33,044 nt of DNA from assembly GCA_000182565.2 (NCBI GenBank), contig KQ257458.1; one strand, given 5' to 3'. The stretch comes from Spizellomyces punctatus DAOM BR117 (lineage: Eukaryota). Every line of letters begins with the position of its first letter. Position 1 is the first letter of the stretch. The translations under genes and the position numbers were made by a program. The notes beneath the pieces were generated by a model, which made no database searches, was not told where the DNA came from, and saw only the letters and a list, made by a program, of their open reading frames with translations. This document shows, one piece after another, positions 23,647 through 32,687 of this stretch.

Positions 23647-25050
23647 ATGTCATCCGATATTGAAGTAACAGAGGTCAGACGTGTCCCATCGGCATTTACT
23701 TATAAAAGATCCGCAAAAAATGGAGTCATTCTAAACTTCCAGCCATCTAGTCAGGTTCGCTTCGAGCCAACAAACGGAAGTGGAGATTGCCGACCAGGCG
23801 GGAAACTAGTTTTTAAAATAGCAGACGACAAGCGCTTCTGGCTCGTTAATGAAACGCTGCACAAATATCGTGTAGTCGGCTTAAAAGCAGATGGTTTGCC
23901 AGCAGTAGCAGTTAATGCTGACTACAGGCTCTGTCAATCTGGAACTGATGCTGTATGGAAACGTCAATCTCTCCTGATTAATGGAAGGATCATTGAAGAT
24001 CTCAATGACTATAATTTGTTCACTGTGCATGAAAATGCCTTAACATCATGGGAAACCAAACAACATCTAGGCCAATGCGAGTATTATTCAAGTGAGGATA
24101 ACAACCGTTCAGCAGTGGTCGCTCAAAACAACGCATACACCGTTACCGGGTCATTGCTATCATTCTTTCAAAATGAAGTGGCTTTTCCTCTCTGTCTTGT
24201 GAAAGGAGGAGTAAGCCTGGAGATGACCGCCGAGACAGACCTTTCCAAAATATTCCCAAAATCCACAGGGATTACGTCCTTCAAAGTAGAACAAAACAAA
24301 TTAATATGTCAGTTTGCTGAACCGGTCAAGGCTTACTATGATAAAGTGCTTGCTTTGATGCAGGCTGAGGATCCTACACCCCTGACTATCCCCACTCAAA
24401 TAGTATGGAGTCAAGAATTTGCAGGACAAGATAGTTGAGTACAACAACTCTCGCTTGTAACAGGTGAGCAGTCCTCTGTTTCGTCATTGATGTTGGTGAC
24501 AACTGACAATGTTCTAACAGATGTAGACAAACTGAATTATTCGGACGATGCAGGTATTAGAACAGTGTCTATGCAAGTAGGAATGGAACGGTTCCCACAA
24601 GGGAAGGCTATTGGACATGGCTCTGAGAAAACAGGATTTGTCTCTACTATTGACCCTGAGATGTATGCATTGAGTCAACGTAACAAGGATTTCAATGATG
24701 TGAAGTTTGCGCCCACTATGTCTGATTTGAAAGGATGGGATCTAGGAGGCAAAAAGATAAAACATTGGTCATGGAGACAAAATTTCAAGCAAACCCCAGA
24801 CATGATTGGCAGCGGTCTTCAGACTCTAGCCGATGGACGAATTTTAATCAATGTTTCTCAATATCCAAATCCTCCAGAAACAGCCGATTTCCCAAGCGAA
24901 ACTATAACTACAGGAACCGGAGATTCACAAACGACATCGCCTAACCCCGCTTACATTCCTACATTCAAGAACAAGATGTTTCATGTATTTTGGACTACTG
25001 ATCATGTGATGAGCATCGACAAAGATGGTATTAGATTGGTTCCGGCATAG
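23647..25050 (+). pseudogene. Major capsid protein (double jelly-roll, PLV-like), ~467 aa with one in-frame TGA at 24436-24438
   Basis: The 263 and 187 aa ORFs share one frame. Motifs F.P.NG..PG..L.F.I, L.INGRIIEDL.DYN, FPL....GG..LE, V...RFP and GSGL. Lies just downstream of the ATPase. Confidence 0.8.
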
Positions 25051-25109
25051 TAATGCGAACAATTATATTCTTCACATATGTATAGGACTACCTAATATTG
25101 AATCACATT

Positions 25110-25283
25110 ATGGCTAAGAAATCCCATAGAAAACTCGTCAACATATCGGCTATGCCAAATAAAGGACTTAGAGCGGCTGCTCGTGCAAGAAACAGGCACA
25201 TCATTGCTGCTAGAAAAGCCGCAGCAACACGTAAGCGACGCTACGGTTCTGGAAGAGTCGTGAGGCGTGTTGTTTATGTTTAA
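25110..25283 (+). CDS. Small Arg/Ala/Lys-rich basic protein, putative DNA-condensing core protein (57 aa)
   Basis: MAKKSHRK...RAAARARNRHIIAARKAAATRKRRYGSGRVVRRVVYV, with no acidic residues. Directly follows the MCP. Confidence 0.65.
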   Translation: MAKKSHRKLVNISAMPNKGLRAAARARNRHIIAARKAAATRKRRYGSGRVVRRVVYV

Positions 25284-25448
25284 AAAAACGGCGCCAAGAA
25301 ATGCCAAGACTATGCCGGGCGCAGCGGCCTATCCCGGCAGGGGATGCCAAGATTCTTTCCATTGAATGGAAGGGCATCCCTGAGTACAAGCCGGTGGCAT
25401 AAAAAGGCACTCGGTGTATCTTTTCTCCCATTAGCACAAGTACGGGTT

Positions 25449-25592
25449 TGAAATATCAGGTATGATTCGAAACATTTAACCGAATCTGAAACATCCGATA
25501 CGTGTTCTGAAACACACGCCATAATTCTGAAACATCTAACCGAATCTGAAACATAGCTACATTTTCTGAAACACCTAACCGAATTTGAAACA
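25449..25592 (+). repeat. Iteron-like array of 8 x (T/C)GAAA(C/T)A at 19-21 bp period
   Basis: GAAAYA at 25450, 25469, 25488, 25509, 25529, 25548, 25568 and 25587. TAACCGAATYTGAAACA occurs three times. Confidence 0.85.
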
Positions 25593-26191
25593 TGTCCATG
25601 TCAAAGAGTCAATGGGGGCAAGCGACTAGCTATGTCGGAGGCTTGCTACATCCCCTAGCGCGTCGTGCTATCAAGACTGAACTAGAGGATCTCACCTTCG
25701 AGCAAAGCGAGTGTTTATTAGAAAATATAACTGATAATAAGAAAAGGGTTAAGAAAGACAAGGGGTTGCTAAGATCACTTAAAGGTCATCTGGGACGACT
25801 CCTAGAGCGGAAGGAGCGAGAAGAGGATAAATGGAAATCTTCATCTCTCAAGTTAAAGAGAAAGTTCAAAGATTTCGAGTCTGATGGTGAAACCTTGAGT
25901 TCTGGTTCTGACGATGATTCCGATGATGCCGATGACAGCGATTACAGTCCACAAAAGGCTAAACGCAGATGTGTCAAGCGGTCAAGCCCTGAGCATGATG
26001 GGGAACCCGCTAATTTAGAGCCATCGCTCATGGAGCGTCTCGAGCGGCAACAGATGCAGATTAACGCACTCCTAGCAGCTAGCACTCCTAAGCGCAGAAA
26101 GAGCGTCAAGGCTAAAGTGAGCGATCAGGACATTGTCCATGCTGATGTTATCAATCCTCCAGATGTAGGAAGCAGTAGCGCCGCTGCTTGA
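25592..26191 (+). CDS. Hypothetical charged protein with acidic tract and NLS-like motifs (199 aa)
   Basis: Intact ORF with KRKFK, PKRRK, a D-rich tract and a short coiled coil. Confidence 0.65.
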   Translation: MSMSKSQWGQATSYVGGLLHPLARRAIKTELEDLTFEQSECLLENITDNKKRVKKDKGLLRSLKGHLGRLLERKEREEDKWKSSSLKLKRKFKDFESDGETLSSGSDDDSDDADDSDYSPQKAKRRCVKRSSPEHDGEPANLEPSLMERLERQQMQINALLAASTPKRRKSVKAKVSDQDIVHADVINPPDVGSSSAAA

Positions 26192-26448
26192 TTCTCTTCA
26201 ATTACCGTTGACACACGCTAAAAAATCCATGAAATCAACAAAAAAATTACAAAACAACAAAACCAGAAAAAAAATACAAAACGACAAAAACAGTCTGTAA
26301 AGGTGTTTCGTAGCACAATGTACATAGATATCCCTTTGTTTAGCGTCATGTAGGGGCGTTGTTATAGAGCTTTTGTACAACGTTTGCTAATAAACACACA
26401 CGTTTAAACAAAGAGAAATAATATTTTGTATACACAATATATTTTAAC

Positions 26449-26760
26449 ATGGGACGCAAATCAGGATCGATAAACACGAAGGATCGCTACAGGGTATACA
26501 AGATCGAAGAAGATGGTTCTAGAACATTTGTAAATGACTATCGGGCAGCCATAGAGATTGCTAACAGGTTAGGTGTCTCGCGCTCGTACATTCATAATAT
26601 AATACATGGGTTAGCAGAATCGCCTATTTCAAAGATGTATGCTATAGAAAAGTTACCATGTATACGAAAACCACCACCTCGTCCTAAGCGGAGATGCTTT
26701 AAAATAAATCGAAAAGTGGCTATTCCTGATGATCCAGTAAAAGTTGCTCACTTCGCATGA
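26449..26760 (+). CDS. Small helix-turn-helix (NUMOD1-like) DNA-binding protein
   Basis: DYRAAIEIANRLGVSRSYIHNII fits an HTH pattern. Basic termini. Confidence 0.7.
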   Translation: MGRKSGSINTKDRYRVYKIEEDGSRTFVNDYRAAIEIANRLGVSRSYIHNIIHGLAESPISKMYAIEKLPCIRKPPPRPKRRCFKINRKVAIPDDPVKVAHFA

Positions 26761-27062
26761 ACATCCCTGCCGGGATTGGCCGCTCCGCGCCCGGCATCAT
26801 TTGAAGAACAAATACGTTTAAAGCTTTGAAAATATTTATTTTTTAACACTATATATTTCTATTTACTATGCCTTTGATTTTTAACCCAATCACCAACAGA
26901 CACGTAAAAGAAGACTCGAAGCCTTTTGAGAGGATGATGCGAAAGATTGTATCTGGAAACTTCTCTAGTGAAAACTGGACTAAGAAACAACTAGATGCAC
27001 TAGAGAACCTTCAAATACATCGAGTACCAAGATTCCTACAATCTGAGCGAGAAAAAAGAATT

Positions 27063-27382
27063 GCTGCTGCGAGACGCACTGAGGCTCAAAAGCAGGCTAT
27101 TGCTGAAAAGGCCAGAGAGACGAGAAGGCTTAATAAAGAAGCAGAAGAGCGCGAGATGAGAGAAATTCAAGAGAGGGCTCAGGCTGCTATTAAAAAGCGA
27201 AAGGAAGCCACTAAGAAGGCTGCTGCGAGACGCACTGAGGCTCAAAAGCAGGCTATTGCTGAAAAGGCCAGAGAGACGAGAAGGCTTAATAAAGAAGCAA
27301 AAGAGCGTCAGATGAGAGAAATTCAAGAGAGGGCTGAGGCTGCTATTAAAAAGCGAAAGGAAGCCGCTAAGAAGGCTGCTGC
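27063..27382 (+). repeat. 156-bp (52-aa) tandem duplication in the pPolB N-terminus
   Basis: Near-identical units start at 27063 and 27219. Confidence 0.95.
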
Positions 27383-29682
27383 CACTAGGGCTAAACGTAA
27401 GTATAATCTTCGAAAGCATCAAGAATCATTCTCACCTTTAATATCTGTCAAAGAGATCAAAATCAAAGGTATCGGTTATACAAAGGAACTTTATCGGTTC
27501 AATCCAAAGTACACCTTCGCTACTCATGATGATATTGTTTCATTTTTCAATGATGTCATCAAGGAATCACTTGTAGGCCTTGAACGCGGTGACAAAGTGC
27601 AAATAGGGTTTCAACATCAAAGTCTACACAATGGATTTTGGTCATCAAAAGTTGTATCAGTTAGTGATCTGATTGCTTCTGATGTGATAGACGATATTAC
27701 TGCGAGAATGCAATCGGCTGAAATAGCATCAATCGATGAAAGCATGACTATCGAGGTGCGTCGTTTAGTTTCGGTAAAGGGCGGCGCCTTCAAAAACTAT
27801 CATGACCATCTATCAGCACAGTCAAAAAGATGTGTCATTGTTGTGAAAAACAATGGTAACGATTGTGGTATGAGAGCAGTTGCCTTATCCGTAGCATTCC
27901 ATACAATGGATCACTCAACAAATGAATATGCGTACATCATGAAACAAAGAAAGCCACTGGACAAAATTGTTACTAACTATTATGAAGGATGCGGGTTACC
28001 TGTTGGTCAGAAGATGTCTTACGGCGATTTTCCAAAGTTGGTTTCATTCCTCAAAAGGAACATCATTATTGTTGATCTAGAGAACGGTGGTAAACCTCTC
28101 ATGGTCAAAGGTGTTAACAATGAGTGATACGATGAGAAACCTGCTACTATCCTACGTAAAGGGGATCATTTCGATTGCATAACCAAGATTAACGCCTTTT
28201 ACTGTGCATTGTATTTTTGTTTCCAATGCATGAAAGGACACAAGCATACCAATCATAAATGTGATAAGAAACGAGGATGCAACCTTTGTGGTTGGGTCAC
28301 ATGTAAACAAGGATCTCCCGATGATCTAGTGTTGTGTTTAAGTTGTAACTTAGGTCACTTTTCAGGAGATTGTGATGATTATCACAAGGAGAAAAAATGT
28401 GATAAAATATGGAAATGTAACAAGGAAGGCGGCTGCGGGCGTGTATTTGAGCGTGCTTATTATGATGGTAATTGTGCTGAGTTACACGATTGCAACCACC
28501 ATCTCTGCCGTCCTTGCAAGGCTTATGTCACTCCTGACCATCGATGCTTCATACAGAAAAAGAAACCCAGAAAGCACATTAGCAAGATCATAGCATTTGA
28601 TTTTGAATCAGAGTTTCTACATGATGGTGAACATCGTGTAAAGTTTACGGATTGCAAGGTAGTTTGTACCGGTCTATGCCAATCTGTGTGCCAATGTCAT
28701 GAGCATCACTCCTTCTTTGAATTTGACGCTTTTTATCAATTCATCTTCAAGAACCCTAATACAACATTCATTGCTCACAATGGTAAGGGTTACGATTTCC
28801 ACTTTCTCTTCAAAAAGTTCAATGACAACGGTGTTAAGCCTAAGTATATCTCAAATGGGTTGAAGATCATTTCAATGGTGCTGCCCAAGTTCAACATCCG
28901 GTTCATTGATAGCATGTTGTTTTTGCCTATGGGACTGTCAAAGTTGCCTTCCATGTTTGGATTAGAGGAACATGTTCGTAAGGGTTACTTTCCACATTGG
29001 TTCAAATGTTCAAATGATTATAAAGGCGTTTTACCATCTTTGGATGATTTCCGATTTGACAGTATGCCCTATGATAAACGCGCTGATGCACAACGCTGGT
29101 ACAAGAAAACCCTACGCAAATGCATGAAGGGTAGGTATGTTTTTGATTACACTAAGGAACTTGTTGAATACTGCAAGAATGATGTCGATATTCTAGCAGC
29201 GGCCGTGAAATTGTTCCGAGAGCAATTCCTTGTAGCAACCGATGGTGAAATTGATCCTTGGGCTTATAAAACCATAGCATCGGCATGTATGGGGACTTAC
29301 AGGCATATGTTCATGCCTGAAGAAAGCATACCCACACATCATGAAGAAGGAATGCGGCGTCATTCAGACAAGGCTGTCCAGTGGCTCGAATATCTACGCG
29401 ATAATGGCATTCTGGATATGCGACGTGTTCTACGTGGTGGAGAGAAATGGATTGACCGATTAAATGGGAAAAAATTCTATGCCGATGGCTATTCTCCTTC
29501 GACAAATACTGTGTATGAATTTAATGGTTGTGAATTCCATGGGTGTAAACAATGCAAAGACGATGATGCCGTTAATTATCATGGTGTCCCTTATAAGTCT
29601 TTGAGACGATATACCGATAATAAGCATGAAGAATTGATTGCTCTAGGTTACAATTATGTCTCGATCTCAGAGTGTGAATATG

Positions 29683-29782
29683 NNNNNNNNNNNNNNNNNN
29701 NNNNNNNNNNNNNNNNNNNNNNNNNNNNNNNNNNNNNNNNNNNNNNNNNNNNNNNNNNNNNNNNNNNNNNNNNNNNNNNNNN
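29683..29782. other. Assembly gap (100 N)
   Basis: Run of Ns inside pPolB. Confidence 0.99.
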
Positions 29783-31263
29783 AAACAAGAAGATATGTGA
29801 TTATGTTATGAGTAAAGACCTCGACATTGAATATATCCGACCTCTAGATCCTCGTAACGCATTTTTTGGTGGTAGAACAAATGCCAGCAAACTTTACTAC
29901 AAATGTTCTGAGAAGGAAAGAGTGAAATACTGCGATTTTACATCACAGTATCCTTGGGTAAATGCTTTTGGAGAGTACCCATGCTACTCGTTCCCCACAA
30001 GGATTCTTAACAACTTTGATGGCCAACTGAACTACAATGGTTTCATCAAGTGTCGAATAGTACCCCCTCGTGGGTTATATCACCCTGTACTTCCTGATAA
30101 GATTAACAACAAGACCATGTTTGTTCTTTGTAAGAATTGTGCTGAAAAAGGTATCTCTGTTTGTCGCCACTCTGTTGAACAGAGGGCTTTTGTTGGGACT
30201 TGGTGCATTCCAGAAGTGAAGTTAGTGCTTTCAAAGGGCTATGTCATTTCTCAAGTTTATGAGGTTCTTCATTTCGAAAATACGGGATCTGATCTTTTCA
30301 AAGATTACATCTTCACATTTCTCAAAATCAAGCAGGAAGCATCAGGGTACCCTAAATGGTGTAAAAATGATGACGACAGAAAAAAGTATATTGACGACTA
30401 CAAAAGCAAGCAAGGTATTCGTCTTGATCCAGCCAAAATTGTCTACAATGAAGGATTACGTCTCGTGGCTAAGTTGATGCTCAATTCATTGTGGGGTAAA
30501 TTCGGTCAAAAGAACAACATGCGTAAGCATATCACGATCAATGCTGAGGAAAATCCTGATGAATACTACTCCATCATGTTCAATGCTAAATATATCGTAC
30601 ATGACATAGTTGATTATGATAATGGTCGCACTTTGGATCTGTCATACTCCTTGCATAAGGCTGCTGTTCGTGATGACAAGAATACTAGTATTTTCATTGC
30701 TGCATACACTACCGCTTTGGCTCATTGTAAACTTTACAGTGTTCTGGATACTGTAGGGGAAAAGGTGTTGTACTATGATACTGATTCTATTATATATGTT
30801 GATGATGATATAGGATCAACTGAAAAGACTTTGCCCTATGGTAATTATCTTGGAGACCTGACAGATGAATTGAAAGGCGACCATATTGTAGAATTTGTTT
30901 CAGGTGGCGCTAAGAATTACTCTTACATTCTCAACAAAACAGGGAGAGCAAAGACGGTCTGTAAAGGCTTCACACTTTCATATGAAAATGGACTCAATCT
31001 TGGACATGAGTCTATGAAGGATATAGTATTTAACCCTAGGTACATTGATGATGAAGGGATTGAGAAAGAGAGTTGTGTTAATTTTAACTTTAGCGAAATC
31101 AACATTAGTAAAACACACAGTGTGCGTAACAAGACAAAGATCATCATACCAGAAAAAAATAACTTACCCAGCAAAAAGTACAAGTTTGTCTACAACAAAC
31201 GTGTGGTTCAAGAATTTAACTCTGAGTCTAAGGTCATAGAGACACTTCCTTTCGGTTTTTAAA

Positions 31264-32364
31264 ATGGGGACAAAAACCGAACTAATCAAGAAAGTTTACT
31301 ATGATCCCAAGACTGGACTTCAGAGCGTAGAAAAGCTCTACCAGAGACTCAAGGATCAGGGTATTTCCAGAAAGGATATAAAGACATTCATCGACAGTCA
31401 GCATGTGCAACAAGTACACAAACCTCTTGTCAAGCCTAACTACATGCATATAACAGCCAATGGTGTTGATCACATATGGCAATCGGATTTGTGCGACATG
31501 CAGAAATATGCTACCTACAACAACGGTTACCATTATCTGTTATGTATTGTAGACATGTACTCTCGTTATGCCTTTGTTTTTCCTCTCAAGAATAAAACCA
31601 GAGAAAAGATTGCTGATTGTTTTACAAAGTTACTCGCTAGGCGGCGTCCTAAAAATATCACGACTGATAGGGGTTCAGAGTACAACAACATTGTTTTTGA
31701 GCAATTGCTCTATAAGTATGGTATAAACCATTACATGGCTGAAGTTGCTGACCATAACCATATGGGTCTGGTCGAAAGGTTTAATTGTACACTGAAAAGT
31801 GTTATCTCCAGATACATGACCATATTTAAAACTAAGCGCTACATAGATGCTCTTCCTGACCTTGTTATGAACTACAATACTTCATATCACAGTCTATTGA
31901 AAAAGGCACCTGTCAATGTTGCTGATGGTGATTATGTGCGCGATAATAGCAAGGCTGTAAGTGATTTCAAGAAGTTTGACATTGGCGACCATGTAAGAAT
32001 ATTACTCAAATGGGATATTTTCAAAAAAGGATATGAGGCAAAATGGTCTGATGAAGTATACCATATAGTCAATGTCGATGGCTATCGATTCATAGTAGCA
32101 TACGCCAATGGTAAAGAAATAGACCAGTGTTTCAAATACTATGAATTACAGAAAACCAATGCACCGATTACCGAGAAACCAGGTCATCGACCAGTAAAAT
32201 TGACTAGAACACAAAAAGAAGTTCGCAAAGAAATTCGTCAGTTGGAGCCTGTACAAACACGACCTACTAAAACCAGATTGCAACAGAAAAAGTTAAAAGT
32301 TCATCTGAAGGGTACATTTTCACACATAGAAATTCCGCGGCGGAAGATGCCGTCAGGGATGTAG
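31264..32364 (+). CDS. int: Polinton-type retroviral-like (rve, DDE) integrase, 366 aa, no chromodomain
   Basis: YYDP..G N-terminus; catalytic WQSDL, TTDRGSEY, VERFN; YN..YHS; F.IGD.VRI..F.KGY..KWS. Confidence 0.93.
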   Translation: MGTKTELIKKVYYDPKTGLQSVEKLYQRLKDQGISRKDIKTFIDSQHVQQVHKPLVKPNYMHITANGVDHIWQSDLCDMQKYATYNNGYHYLLCIVDMYSRYAFVFPLKNKTREKIADCFTKLLARRRPKNITTDRGSEYNNIVFEQLLYKYGINHYMAEVADHNHMGLVERFNCTLKSVISRYMTIFKTKRYIDALPDLVMNYNTSYHSLLKKAPVNVADGDYVRDNSKAVSDFKKFDIGDHVRILLKWDIFKKGYEAKWSDEVYHIVNVDGYRFIVAYANGKEIDQCFKYYELQKTNAPITEKPGHRPVKLTRTQKEVRKEIRQLEPVQTRPTKTRLQQKKLKVHLKGTFSHIEIPRRKMPSGM

Positions 32365-32681
32365 GGAAGAGAATGTTTCCAGAGCATGGTATGCCTCGAA
32401 GGTAATGTTGAGATGGGATGAGTTCTGATGCCTGAGTTGCCTACATCTTCTGTGGATTTTTGTGTAAACAAGGAAACCAATGTTGCCATTTAAACATGTG
32501 GATATTTCTATTCTTTTTGCAATCTTGCTAGGAAAATGGGGACATTTCTCATCCCTACATGTCTCTACATAATTTTTTACTTTCCATAAGCTTCCAATTT
32601 TTACCATTGGTTTTATCCTGTGGCACTTTCTTCCTGGGAATATTTTTGATGAAATTGTCTCAAAGTGCCTCACTTTGTAGT
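32337..32681 (-). repeat. Right terminal inverted repeat (345 bp)
   Basis: Reverse complement of 11828-12172. Confidence 0.95.
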
Positions 32682-32687
32682 ACCGCA
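32682..32687 (+). repeat. 6-bp target site duplication ACCGCA (right copy)
   Basis: Matches 11822-11827. Confidence 0.93.

Larger units (their letters stand above)
26868..31262 (+). pseudogene. polB: Protein-primed family B DNA polymerase with N-terminal TP/OTU-like and Cys-rich regions; one in-frame TGA at 28125-28127; spans a 100-N gap
   Basis: ExoI FDFES, ExoII HNGKGYD, ExoIII YCKND, DFTSQYP, KLMLNSLWGKFGQ, YYDTDS, and the C-terminal LPFGF typical of Polintons. The 419-aa ORF continues in frame into the 1017-aa ORF. Confidence 0.93.
11828..32681. mobile_element. Complete Polinton/Maverick-type endogenous virus (polintovirus), ~20.9 kb
   Basis: 345-bp TIRs, 6-bp TSD, pPolB, rve integrase, A32-like ATPase, MCP, mCP and fibre. 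Confidence 0.95.

Noticed and set aside
25449-25592. CRISPR-like array
   Set aside because: The repeat core is only ~7 bp, the linkers are 12-14 bp and partly identical, and there are no cas genes.
6643-28127. Alternative genetic code or programmed TGA readthrough explaining the in-frame stops
   Set aside because: The same pattern occurs in two unrelated elements. At least one TGA replaces a conserved Arg, parallel CGN missense changes occur, Trp is encoded by TGG, and there is no common readthrough context. CpG deamination explains all of this.
29683-29782. 34-residue insertion in pPolB
   Set aside because: It is a placeholder gap of 100 N. The true length and frame are unknown.
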